In this document: one piece after another, positions 20,093 through 28,762 of the stretch | Numbering within the stretch: position 1 is the first letter of the stretch | Layout: each line of letters opens with the position of its first letter | Made by a program: the position numbers and the translations under genes | Virus record (IMG/VR): IMGVR_UViG_3300025424_000009 | Source of the DNA: a virus | Strand: one strand, 5' to 3' | DNA length: 64,000 nt | The notes under the pieces: generated by a model | The model's database searches: none | What the model was told of the DNA's origin: nothing | The model's input: the letters and a program-made list of their open reading frames with translations, nothing else

Positions 20093-20953
20093 TTGTCGGC
20101 TTTTAAAAACATAACTAATTCTGATGTAGCACTTATACCCTATGTTGCTAGTAAACAGTATCAAGTAGATATTACTGATCCTAATGTATACCATAGGATA
20201 TGCTATGATACCCCCTCTATACCAGCATCTTATAATAGCTATGATTTATATAATGTTATTAAAAGAGGTTATTATCCTAATTTCATATCTGGGAGTTTAG
20301 AGGGAGTGCCTCAAAGACTTTTATCAAATAATTATATCTCAGCTTCTTATGACCAACCTTCTTCCTCTTATGTAGATTACCGCGATATAAGTTACGATGT
20401 ATCTTATATATCTAGCAGTATACAGGTAGTATCCATACCCCAATCATACTATGGAGAAGGTATAAAACCAGGATCTGTATTTTTCACTATCCAACAATAT
20501 AACTCTGGAACTATAGGTTATGATGGTAATGACGACAAGCATGGCAATTTAATTATATTTGACAGCTATTTGAATAAAAGCGTCTACATAGGTAATATAT
20601 TTTATAGCCAAGGGTTAGTAGTAATAACAGATTCAAATTATTTTTTTGAAGAAGTAGACTTTGGAGGAGATTTTTCAATATCTTTTTTAAATACATTAAC
20701 CATATATGAGCAAACCTTCAGGCTTAAAATAAAACAACATGAATTCAATTATTCATACAACCCAACTCTGCTTGTTTCGGGCAGCAGCAGTCAGCTACAA
20801 CCTTTTAGTACAACTGGCAGCTTTCAACCCTATATTACTTCAGTAGGTTTGTACAACAGTAACAGTGAACTAATGGCCATAGCTAAACTAGGGCAACCAT
20901 TACCAATGTCAGCTAACACCGACTATAACATTAACATAAAACTAGATTGGTAA
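20093..20953 (+). CDS. Paralogue of the preceding structural protein
   Basis: YITSVGLYNSNSELMAIAKLGQPL C-terminus matches that of 19051..20091; TTG start. Confidence 0.55.
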   Translation: MSAFKNITNSDVALIPYVASKQYQVDITDPNVYHRICYDTPSIPASYNSYDLYNVIKRGYYPNFISGSLEGVPQRLLSNNYISASYDQPSSSYVDYRDISYDVSYISSSIQVVSIPQSYYGEGIKPGSVFFTIQQYNSGTIGYDGNDDKHGNLIIFDSYLNKSVYIGNIFYSQGLVVITDSNYFFEEVDFGGDFSISFLNTLTIYEQTFRLKIKQHEFNYSYNPTLLVSGSSSQLQPFSTTGSFQPYITSVGLYNSNSELMAIAKLGQPLPMSANTDYNINIKLDW

Positions 20954-21399
20954 TGTGGAAATATAAAGATAAAAATATTGAATCAGTAGAGGATATTCCT
21001 AAAGATTCTTTCGGGTTTATCTACAAGATAACGCATATTACATCTGGTAAATTTTACATTGGTAAGAAGCAACTCTTCAGTGAGCGTAATATCAAACTAG
21101 GTAAGAAAGAGCTTAAAGAACAAGCTGAGTTAAAAAAACCAGGACGTAAACCTACCAAGAAGCTGGTGATAAAAGAATCCGACTGGAAGGGATATTGGGG
21201 TAGTAATGATGATTTACTTCTTGACATAAAGACCTACGGTGAAAAGAACTTCACTAAGGAGATTTTGATGTTTACCTTCAACAAAAAACAGAACACCTAT
21301 TATGAAATCAAATATCAATTCTTGTATAATGTCCTAGAATCAGACAACTGTTACAATTCAAACATCAATTCAACATTCTTCAAAAAAGATCTCCAATAG
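20953..21399 (+). CDS. GIY-YIG family nuclease
   Basis: GFIYKITHITSGKFYIGKK, YWGS and YYEIKYQ motifs; start at the ATG overlapping the upstream TAA. Confidence 0.75.
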   Translation: MWKYKDKNIESVEDIPKDSFGFIYKITHITSGKFYIGKKQLFSERNIKLGKKELKEQAELKKPGRKPTKKLVIKESDWKGYWGSNDDLLLDIKTYGEKNFTKEILMFTFNKKQNTYYEIKYQFLYNVLESDNCYNSNINSTFFKKDLQ

Positions 21400-21402
21400 A
21401 AT

Positions 21403-21858
21403 ATGCAAGACCTATTCAAAGATTTAATAAAAAATATTCTAGCTGAGAAGGCTACACCAATAAATGAATTGGATGAGAATTTATTAAATCTTTTACCTCT
21501 CATAAAGCAAGTACTTGAAGAAAAGAAAGCTGACAGATGCCTCCGCATAGCTCGTGAGAAGTATAATAAACCTTCCGCTTATAGGTCTGGTGCCATAGTT
21601 AGATGTAGAAAAGGTGATATTTGGAGTGATTTAAAAGAAGTGGAAACACTTCATAAATGGTTCAACAGGAAAGGCGCAGCAGGTAAATCTAAAGGATGGG
21701 TTGACTGCAATACTTGCAAAAACGTAAATGGAAAAGTGAAGTGTAAAGCTTGTGGTAGAGGAGAAGGAGAGAAAAGGTCTAAATATCCTTCTTGTAGACC
21801 TACACCGTCAGCATGTAAACAACCCGGAAAAGGAGAGACCTGGGGAAAAATAAAATAA
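21403..21858 (+). CDS. Basic Cys-containing protein, putative head cargo
   Basis: N-terminal MQDLFKDLIKNILAE; PSAYRSG, WVDCNT and YPSCRP motifs. Confidence 0.55.
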   Translation: MQDLFKDLIKNILAEKATPINELDENLLNLLPLIKQVLEEKKADRCLRIAREKYNKPSAYRSGAIVRCRKGDIWSDLKEVETLHKWFNRKGAAGKSKGWVDCNTCKNVNGKVKCKACGRGEGEKRSKYPSCRPTPSACKQPGKGETWGKIK

Positions 21859-21859
21859 A

Positions 21860-22348
21860 ATGAAAGACTTATTTAATAAAATATTGCTAGAAGTACTTAA
21901 TAACTCAAAACAAGAGTTAATAGATGAGATAAATGAAAAGTACAATAATCTTATTGAGAAAGGTCAAAAGCATAGTAATTTTGTATTTTTAATGCCTGAT
22001 GAAATAGAAAGGTATGACCCTTATATCCCTCATTGTGCACCTAATAAATGTGAAACAAACGCTTTCAAGTTTATTAAATATGAATATGAAGTTCATGACA
22101 TAGAACACTACTATCCTGTAGGAGGGTATGGTTTTGCAAATCTAAGTCTAACTCCAATAGTGCATTGGTGGGTATATGATAAAAAGAACAACAAGCATTT
22201 AGAAATAACTCCTATGTTAGGGGGAGGTTTTAAATGCTATGCTGGAGGTATAAATTATGATATCAACGATAAGATATATAAAGCAGAAAAATACCATGAT
22301 GTAAATTTCTTTAGGTACGGAACCCCAGAAAGTATGTATTTCAAATAA
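21860..22348 (+). CDS. Putative papain/transglutaminase-fold protein, putative head cargo
   Basis: KCETNA...VHWWVYD...LEITP spacing of a Cys-His-acid triad; N-terminal MKDLFNKILLE. Confidence 0.45.
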   Translation: MKDLFNKILLEVLNNSKQELIDEINEKYNNLIEKGQKHSNFVFLMPDEIERYDPYIPHCAPNKCETNAFKFIKYEYEVHDIEHYYPVGGYGFANLSLTPIVHWWVYDKKNNKHLEITPMLGGGFKCYAGGINYDINDKIYKAEKYHDVNFFRYGTPESMYFK

Positions 22349-22351
22349 TTT

Positions 22352-22382
22352 TTTGGTAAATTAAATTTAGGTGCTATATTTG
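22352..22382 (+). promoter_or_regulatory. Bacteroidota-type sigma70 promoter heading the early-type ORF island
   Basis: TTTG (22352-22355), 19-nt spacer, TATATTTG (22375-22382). Confidence 0.75.
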
Positions 22383-22400
22383 CATTCTAAATATGAAGTT

Positions 22401-22634
22401 ATGAAAGACATTTTTGGTAATAAAAAGCCTGTACAATTAGAGGTAGAAGAATGGTGGTTTAATGGACAGTTAATCCAAAAGCAAGACCACCCTATGTTAC
22501 CTAAGTACATCACTAGAGAATGTAAGGCACTAGGTTATACAGTACCACACAACACGTTTAAACAAGCTAAACAGTATTGTTTAGATAATCCAGTACCTAC
22601 CCCAGATATCACACCAAAAGATTTTGGGTATTAA
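22401..22634 (+). CDS. Hypothetical protein
   Basis: Start moved to ATG 22401 because the promoter overlaps the track's GTG start. Confidence 0.65.
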   Translation: MKDIFGNKKPVQLEVEEWWFNGQLIQKQDHPMLPKYITRECKALGYTVPHNTFKQAKQYCLDNPVPTPDITPKDFGY

Positions 22635-22645
22635 ATAATAAGTTT

Positions 22646-22966
22646 ATGAAGAAATACTATAAAATAGTAGAAAAAGACGGCACCAACATTAAGTTCCTAT
22701 TTCATGGTATAAACGGAACAAGAGTTATACCTACCAATACGTGGTGTAAAGCAGTGATAAAAGAAAATGTAAGAGATGGATTAGGTTCATCATATACTTC
22801 AGGCATACACATTATAGATGGTCTTGATAATGCAATAGAGTATTTGAAAAGATTTAGAAAGACAAATAGAGTCATTGTAGAATGTCAAGCCAGAGGCTTA
22901 CGTCCTAAGCATAAAAGTAAGTCTTACGTATTACTGGCAGATGAAATATTAATAGAAAATTTTTAA
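22646..22966 (+). CDS. Hypothetical protein
   Basis: ORF in operon. Confidence 0.65.
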   Translation: MKKYYKIVEKDGTNIKFLFHGINGTRVIPTNTWCKAVIKENVRDGLGSSYTSGIHIIDGLDNAIEYLKRFRKTNRVIVECQARGLRPKHKSKSYVLLADEILIENF

Positions 22967-22969
22967 TTT

Positions 22970-23362
22970 ATGGAAAAAGAATTCATCCCTTACGAGGAAG
23001 CATTGGTAATGAAAGAGTTAGGTTTTGATGAACCTTGTTTTGGTTGGTATATGGATAATATTGATATGGAAGTTTTTATTGAACATATTAAAAGACAACC
23101 ATGTGCAGACCATGAAACAGATTGTTTGGCACCTATTTACCAACAAGCTTTTAGGTGGTTTCGTAAAAACTACAATTTATTTCATGAAATAACTTTAGAT
23201 ACATACTCAGAACCTAATAGATTATATGTGGAAATTAGAAAATTAGATAATAGTCACACATTTGTATCTAAGGATTTTAGACTAAGTCATATTGATAATG
23301 ATAAATATGAAGAAGCTGAGTTAAATTGTTTAAGAAGATTAATTGAAATAGTAAAACAGTAA
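22970..23362 (+). CDS. Hypothetical protein of a type common in Bacteroidota phages
   Basis: FIPYEEALVMKELGFDEPCFGWY and APIYQQAFRWFRK motifs, recognised from memory. Confidence 0.7.
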   Translation: MEKEFIPYEEALVMKELGFDEPCFGWYMDNIDMEVFIEHIKRQPCADHETDCLAPIYQQAFRWFRKNYNLFHEITLDTYSEPNRLYVEIRKLDNSHTFVSKDFRLSHIDNDKYEEAELNCLRRLIEIVKQ

Positions 23363-23365
23363 ATT

Positions 23366-23689
23366 ATGAGATATCAAAGAGGTAGTGAAAAATTAGTAGA
23401 ATGGGTTCCTGTATATCGTAAAGTACAAAATGAAGAATTTACTTGGAGTCAAATAAAAGGGTTAGATTTTCAAGATGATGACAGAGTTCGTATAGAATTT
23501 GAAGAAGGTAATGACTATGACGACTCTTACTATTCTCGTATAATATTTGAAGTGACAAGAGAAGAAATTGAATCTGACGAAGACTATACAGAGAGGCAAA
23601 TTTGGTGTGCAAAGCAAAGGGAGGAAGATAAGAAAGATAGATACCAAAGGTACCTAAAACTTAAAGCTGAATTTGAACCTAATGAGTAA
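23366..23689 (+). CDS. Hypothetical acidic protein
   Basis: ORF in operon overlapping the primase start. Confidence 0.65.
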   Translation: MRYQRGSEKLVEWVPVYRKVQNEEFTWSQIKGLDFQDDDRVRIEFEEGNDYDDSYYSRIIFEVTREEIESDEDYTERQIWCAKQREEDKKDRYQRYLKLKAEFEPNE

Positions 23690-24656
23690 TCTAATACCCT
23701 TCATAGATTCAGTTTTAGGTCAAGGAATTAAATCATCCGGCACCAACCGTAAGTATTTATGCCCCTTCTCAGGATGTGCTAATAGGCCTTCTAAGCTATC
23801 TGGCCAACATAAGCTTGAGGTAGATATGGAGACTATCATTGAAGATGGTAAACCTGTTAACATATACCATTGCTGGTCCTGTGGAGAGAAAGGTAAATCT
23901 ATATACAACCTCCTAAAGAAAATAGGGGCTCATGAAAAGAAGTTTGTAGAGTTGAAAGAGATACTAAAATACTCTGAAAATTCAACTTACAAACCTAAAG
24001 AAATAAAAGAAGTATTCCACGGTCAATTACCACATGAGTTTAAGTCTCTAAAAGGACCTATTCCTAAAAAAGACCTAAAGTTAAGACATGCAAAAGCTTA
24101 CATAAAGAAAAGGGGATTAAAAGAAGACGATGTTATTAAGTGGAATATAGGTTATTGTGATGGAGGTAAGTATAGTAATAGAATTTTAATACCCTCTTAT
24201 GACCACAGCATGAAGGTAAATTGGCTGGTAGGTAGAACACTAGTTGATGATACATTTAAGAAATACGAGCAACCAGACTCTTCAAAAGATATAATAGCAT
24301 TTGAATCAATGATAAATTGGTCAAAGCCAATTATCCTGTGTGAAGGTGTTTTTGATATGTTTACCATAAAGCGTAACTGTATACCTTTACTAGGAAAAAC
24401 CATTCAACCGGAGTTAATGAAAAAATTATTAACCTGTGAATCGAAAAAGGTATATCTTTGCTTAGATTCTGATGCTTTGAAAGAATCAATAAGTAATTGT
24501 GAATTGCTAATGCAAATGGGTAAAACTGTTTATATGGTAGAATTAAATGACAAAGATCCAGGGTCAATGACGTTTGAGGATTTTACAGAGTTGATTCAAC
24601 ATGTAACACCCCTTACAACAGGTAAGTTAATGAAGTTAAAAATAAATAAGATATGA
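23682..24656 (+). CDS. DNA primase (zinc finger plus TOPRIM)
   Basis: CPFSGC...YHCWSC zinc finger; RILIP; ILCEGVFD; LCLDSDA; likely ATG at 23682. Confidence 0.9.
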   Translation: MSNLIPFIDSVLGQGIKSSGTNRKYLCPFSGCANRPSKLSGQHKLEVDMETIIEDGKPVNIYHCWSCGEKGKSIYNLLKKIGAHEKKFVELKEILKYSENSTYKPKEIKEVFHGQLPHEFKSLKGPIPKKDLKLRHAKAYIKKRGLKEDDVIKWNIGYCDGGKYSNRILIPSYDHSMKVNWLVGRTLVDDTFKKYEQPDSSKDIIAFESMINWSKPIILCEGVFDMFTIKRNCIPLLGKTIQPELMKKLLTCESKKVYLCLDSDALKESISNCELLMQMGKTVYMVELNDKDPGSMTFEDFTELIQHVTPLTTGKLMKLKINKI

Positions 24657-24973
24657 ATGTAATCATCAACGAGTTTAAAAAGAATGAAAAAGGTAAACGC
24701 AAAATTGTTTACTATAACCTAGAGAGAAGGTGTGCCTATACACTTAAATTCGGTGTATGGACAGGTGTACCACCTTTAGATTGCAAAGAAGTCAAACAAA
24801 GGTTTGATACTGTAAAGGTAGCCTCTATGATAAAAGAAGAGCTAGCTTATTACTCAACTAAACTGAAAAGATACAATGAAATAATATCAAGAGATACAGC
24901 TACAATCGATGATAAGAATGAATATACACGTATAGTAAAAACGCTTCATTACTTAAACAATTGGACATTATGA
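24653..24973 (+). CDS. Hypothetical protein
   Basis: ORF overlapping the primase stop. Confidence 0.6.
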   Translation: MNVIINEFKKNEKGKRKIVYYNLERRCAYTLKFGVWTGVPPLDCKEVKQRFDTVKVASMIKEELAYYSTKLKRYNEIISRDTATIDDKNEYTRIVKTLHYLNNWTL

Positions 24974-25338
24974 TTATGCTACCAGAGAAATTTGCAATAT
25001 ATTCCAGTGAGAATAAAGATCCTAGATTGAGGGAATATATAGATTGGATAAGAAAAGAAAATCAATTTTTTAAAATGAAAGAAGAAAAAGAATTTATTCC
25101 TGTAGTGGGAAAAGAGTATTATTTTGCTGATATTGAAAGTAAATATAATTACAATAAAAGCATATTTTTAGGAAAATCTTTGGATGGGCTTTATATAGCT
25201 CAATATAATGAACGTAGTTCTGTTAATACTTGGAAATACTGTTTTCCTATTCCAGAAGAAGAAACACTAGAACTAACATTAGAAGAAATAGCAGAAAAGT
25301 TTAATGTTGATGTAAATAATTTAAAAATAAAGAAATGA
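24970..25338 (+). CDS. Hypothetical protein
   Basis: ATGA overlap at 24970; C-terminal LTLEEIAEKFNVDVNNLKIK. Confidence 0.6.
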   Translation: MIMLPEKFAIYSSENKDPRLREYIDWIRKENQFFKMKEEKEFIPVVGKEYYFADIESKYNYNKSIFLGKSLDGLYIAQYNERSSVNTWKYCFPIPEEETLELTLEEIAEKFNVDVNNLKIKK

Positions 25339-25562
25339 TAAATGGAGATGATTCAATTACAGGTTTTGCAAGAACCGGAGGGGTTTACCATAAAGGCTTA
25401 ACTAAGCGTGAAGAATTTGCAAAAAATGCAATGGTTGGGTTATTATCTAATCAATTTATGATTGATGATGATTCTGATACTAGTATTGAATGGCTTGTTA
25501 AAACATCTGTACGAATTAGTGATGTCCTTATTCAAGAATTAAATAAAAATAAACAATTATGA
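25335..25562 (+). CDS. Small conserved phage protein (GLTKRExFA type)
   Basis: GLTKREEFAKNAMVGLLSN motif. Confidence 0.7.
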   Translation: MINGDDSITGFARTGGVYHKGLTKREEFAKNAMVGLLSNQFMIDDDSDTSIEWLVKTSVRISDVLIQELNKNKQL

Positions 25563-26107
25563 GTACAAAATTAAAGTTCGAGTTAGACAAAGTAAAAGTG
25601 AACTCAAACGCATTGGCAATATCTGATAGCTCTGCCAAGGCAATGGCTCAAAAAGTATTTGAAGATGTTACCGATGGTAAAATATCTGCCATAACAGCTA
25701 TGGAAGCTTTTGCACTGATGGGTAAAGTACACACAGAGTTGAAGGATATGATAGATGAAAGTGGGAAAGTAACCATGAATGACTTAATCCGAGAAGAGAT
25801 AAAAATAAATCTTAATGGTAACAAGGAGTACGTAACACCTAAAGGCACCAAGTTCAAACTAGCTGAGACAGGTACTAAGTACGATTACTCATCTTGTGGA
25901 GATCCTATATACACAAGCCTTGTAGAAAAGAAAGATAAGGTATCTTCTGAACTTAAAAAGAGAGAAGAGTTCTTAAAATCAATCAGTGATTTCATTGTAA
26001 TGAGTATACCCGACCCTGAAACAGGGGAGTTATTAGAAAATATTACAATAACAGCTCCAAGCAAAACAAGTAACTCTTCTTATACAGTAACTCTTCTTAA
26101 GGGATAA
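25559..26107 (+). CDS. Hypothetical protein
   Basis: ETGTKYDYSSCGDP...LKKREEFLKSI; operon context. Confidence 0.7.
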   Translation: MSTKLKFELDKVKVNSNALAISDSSAKAMAQKVFEDVTDGKISAITAMEAFALMGKVHTELKDMIDESGKVTMNDLIREEIKINLNGNKEYVTPKGTKFKLAETGTKYDYSSCGDPIYTSLVEKKDKVSSELKKREEFLKSISDFIVMSIPDPETGELLENITITAPSKTSNSSYTVTLLKG

Positions 26108-26124
26108 GGTGATATTTATTCTAT

Positions 26125-26715
26125 ATGACAGATTTAACTAAGACATGCTACCTACCTGGCTACTTCTGCCCACCTACTGAAAAAGACCTACAACTAGCCT
26201 ATTGGTTAGCTAGGAAAACATCAGAAGTGAGAGAAGTAGTTATTGTTATAGGTCAAGAAGAGTCATCACAAATACCTGCAAAGGTTAATCAAGATATATT
26301 TGACATTTATCTAAGAGAGACAGGTGGTGATATTGTAAAAACAGTAGTATCTACAGAAGACAGCCCTCGACACTACATATATAAATTAGTTGAAGATAGT
26401 ATCGAGGAACCATTTATACTAGCGATACCAGAAAAAGTTGCTAAGAGTATTGAATTTACAAAGAAATTCAGAAGATTTAAGAACCACGAAATAATTATCA
26501 TACCTGAGTATGACTACTCAATTAGGCAAGATATGATTGATGCTGTTCGTGAAAATAACATGAAAGATTTTATGTCTTTTATTACACCAGAATTAAATAA
26601 GTTTTCTGTTAAAAAGATATTTGACATGTTAAAGGAGTCAATAGGTGGTGAAGACAATAGTGTCATAGATACAAAAAATCTTCAAGAACTTTATAAAAAA
26701 TTTGGAGTAAAATAG
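26125..26715 (+). CDS. Cytidylyltransferase-like (HIGH-superfamily) protein with degenerate motif
   Basis: CYLPGYFCPPTEKD aligns by eye with the PGxFxPPHxGH start of this family but lacks both His; late motif at 26113-26120. Confidence 0.4.
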   Translation: MTDLTKTCYLPGYFCPPTEKDLQLAYWLARKTSEVREVVIVIGQEESSQIPAKVNQDIFDIYLRETGGDIVKTVVSTEDSPRHYIYKLVEDSIEEPFILAIPEKVAKSIEFTKKFRRFKNHEIIIIPEYDYSIRQDMIDAVRENNMKDFMSFITPELNKFSVKKIFDMLKESIGGEDNSVIDTKNLQELYKKFGVK

Positions 26716-26717
26716 AT

Positions 26718-27296
26718 ATGGGGGATAATAAATTGTTAAAAGAATTTACCAGAAAAGACGTAACGCGCCTTAGAAACATCTATTCAGGTAAAGCTGACGA
26801 AGCATCTGGTATTCAAGCCGGATACGAAAAGAAGATAACTGAGTATAAGGAAGGTGACGTTTGGATGGAGAACGGAAAGGAATGGACTATAAAAGATGGT
26901 ATCAGGCAGACAAACACAAAGCTTACTGCAATTAAGAAAATATTATCAGTACCATTCTCATGCCCTAAGTGCAAGACTAAAATGAAAGATAAGCTAGATC
27001 CTAAATTCTACAACTTATTTGGTCATTGTTTCTCTTGTCAACAATCTTTTGAAACTCAATTGAAAATAGAAGGTAAGTATGAAGATTATGCTCAGTCAAT
27101 CATGACTGCTAATGCACTAACCTTTACTAAAGATGCAAGAGTACTTTTATCTGAATTAGCTAAAGTAGACAGAGGTATATATACAGAGACAGGTGAGAGA
27201 CAAAACTGGTCTGGTCCTGCTGTAAATAAAAAAATGCTTGAACAAGCTGAAAAAGAGATAACAGAAATTGAAAATAGAATCAATGAAACTAAGTAG
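26718..27296 (+). CDS. Zinc-finger protein
   Basis: CPKC...CFSC. Confidence 0.65.
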   Translation: MGDNKLLKEFTRKDVTRLRNIYSGKADEASGIQAGYEKKITEYKEGDVWMENGKEWTIKDGIRQTNTKLTAIKKILSVPFSCPKCKTKMKDKLDPKFYNLFGHCFSCQQSFETQLKIEGKYEDYAQSIMTANALTFTKDARVLLSELAKVDRGIYTETGERQNWSGPAVNKKMLEQAEKEITEIENRINETK

Positions 27297-27360
27297 TATT
27301 ATACTAGAAGGTAAGATAGAGTACCTACCTGACTATAAAGAATATCAAAATAAAGATCAT
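27283..27360 (+). pseudogene. Probable 5' fragment of a small gene interrupted by the TnpB element
   Basis: MKLSSIILEGKIEYLPDYKEYQNKDH then TGA at the apparent left end; open frames resume after 28697. Confidence 0.4.
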
Positions 27361-28698
27361 TGACTCCAGTCATAGAATGAATTTTGAAAAGTAAATCTTG
27401 TCATATTACTTTCTGTTATATTTATATTACAAATAATCTTAAATCATAAGAGGCATAATGCTTAAATCAATTAGATATGAACTTAATCCTACAAGGAGTC
27501 AATTACAAGGTCTCAACCAGACCTTTGGTAATTGTAGATTTATATATAATTGGGCTTTGGATAAAAAGATTAAAGCATACTCAACTGATAAAACTACTTT
27601 AAGTGGTTTTGATTTAATGAAGGAAATAACTCAACTAAAGAAAGAAGATAGTTATAATTGGCTAAATCTATCTGGAGCAACTCAATTACAACAGTCAATT
27701 TTAAATTTAGATACTGCTTTCACTAATTTCTTTAAAGCTAAGAAAGACGGGTCTATTGAAAAGAAAAAGAAATCTTATATCAGTAATAGGTTGAAAAAAG
27801 GTCTACCCATCAATCAGGATAAATTAGATAATATTGGTAAACCTAAGTTTAAAAGTAAACATGATAAACAATCTTTTAGGATTCCTCAAGATGTTAAAAT
27901 AAATTATGAAAATTACAAATTTTATATTCCTAAAGTAGGTTGGGTTAAATTCTATAAAGATAGACAAATAGATGGAGTTATTAAGTTTGCAACAATAACT
28001 AAAACATCTACGGGTAGGATATTCATATCTGTTACTTATGAAACACAAGAAGTAAGAAAAACAGGAATAGGGGTTGTAGGTGTTGATCTAGGAATAAAAG
28101 ATTTAACCATAACGTCAGACGGAGAGGTGTTTGAAAATCAAAAACACCTCAAGTCTAATTTGGCTAAATTAAGAGTAGAACAAAGGAAATTACAAAGGAA
28201 GTATAAGAAAGGTTCAAAGGAACAATCTAAGAATTATTACAAACAAAAGTTAGTGGTATCTAAGTTATATGAAAAAATAACCTTCCAACGGAAGGATTAT
28301 CTTCACAAGATAACTACCTATTTAGCTTCAACTTATGAAACTGTTTGTATTGAGGATTTGAATGTATCAGGGATGTTAAAGAATAAAAACTTATCTTTAG
28401 CTATCTCCGATATGGGTTGGGGAACATTCCGTTCCTTCTTAGAATACAAAGTGAAAGACTTAAGGGTCATAGGAAGATTTGAATCAAGTAGTAAGACTTG
28501 CAGTGTTTGTGGTACTATTAATAAAGAATTAAAATTAAGTGATAGAAAGTGGACTTGCAGCAATGGGCATGTCCTAGACAGGGACATTAATGCTGCAATC
28601 AACATTAAAAATTTTGGGTTGAGGGCATCGACCTTTGACGTTAAAGTAGAACATTAGTTCATGCTTTGTCAAGAAGTCTCATTTTGAGATTATGTCAG
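27361..28698 (+). mobile_element. Non-autonomous IS200/IS605-family (IS1341-like) element; ends approximate
   Basis: tnpB with no tnpA; left hairpin TGACT-CC-AGTCA (27361-27372); right-end pattern GAAG-TCTCA-TTT-TGAGA-TTATGTCAG (28673-28698). Confidence 0.6.
27458..28657 (+). CDS. tnpB: RNA-guided endonuclease TnpB
   Basis: N-terminal YELNPT...FGNCRFIYNWAL; RuvC residues GVDLG, IEDL and DRDINAAINI; CSVCG...CSNGH zinc ribbon. Confidence 0.93.
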   Translation: MLKSIRYELNPTRSQLQGLNQTFGNCRFIYNWALDKKIKAYSTDKTTLSGFDLMKEITQLKKEDSYNWLNLSGATQLQQSILNLDTAFTNFFKAKKDGSIEKKKKSYISNRLKKGLPINQDKLDNIGKPKFKSKHDKQSFRIPQDVKINYENYKFYIPKVGWVKFYKDRQIDGVIKFATITKTSTGRIFISVTYETQEVRKTGIGVVGVDLGIKDLTITSDGEVFENQKHLKSNLAKLRVEQRKLQRKYKKGSKEQSKNYYKQKLVVSKLYEKITFQRKDYLHKITTYLASTYETVCIEDLNVSGMLKNKNLSLAISDMGWGTFRSFLEYKVKDLRVIGRFESSSKTCSVCGTINKELKLSDRKWTCSNGHVLDRDINAAINIKNFGLRASTFDVKVEH

Positions 28699-28716
28699 CG
28701 AACCCCAAAGGTATTT
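28560..28716 (+). ncRNA. Predicted TnpB omegaRNA/reRNA (scaffold overlapping the tnpB 3' end; guide about 28698-28716)
   Basis: Established architecture of TnpB elements plus the right-end hairpin; boundaries inferred. Confidence 0.45.
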
Positions 28717-28762
28717 ATGTAACTGGTGGGTAAGAAATAACAAATAAAAATAAATAAAAACC

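Noticed and set aside
22318-22340. Possible in-window target of the TnpB guide (GAACCCCA shared with 28700-28707)
   Set aside because: Only 8 contiguous matching bases and no resemblance of the 5' flank to the candidate target motifs
27361-28697. TGAC...GTCA as terminal inverted repeats of the TnpB element
   Set aside because: Only 4 bp; IS200/IS605 elements use subterminal hairpins rather than terminal inverted repeats; no target duplication seen
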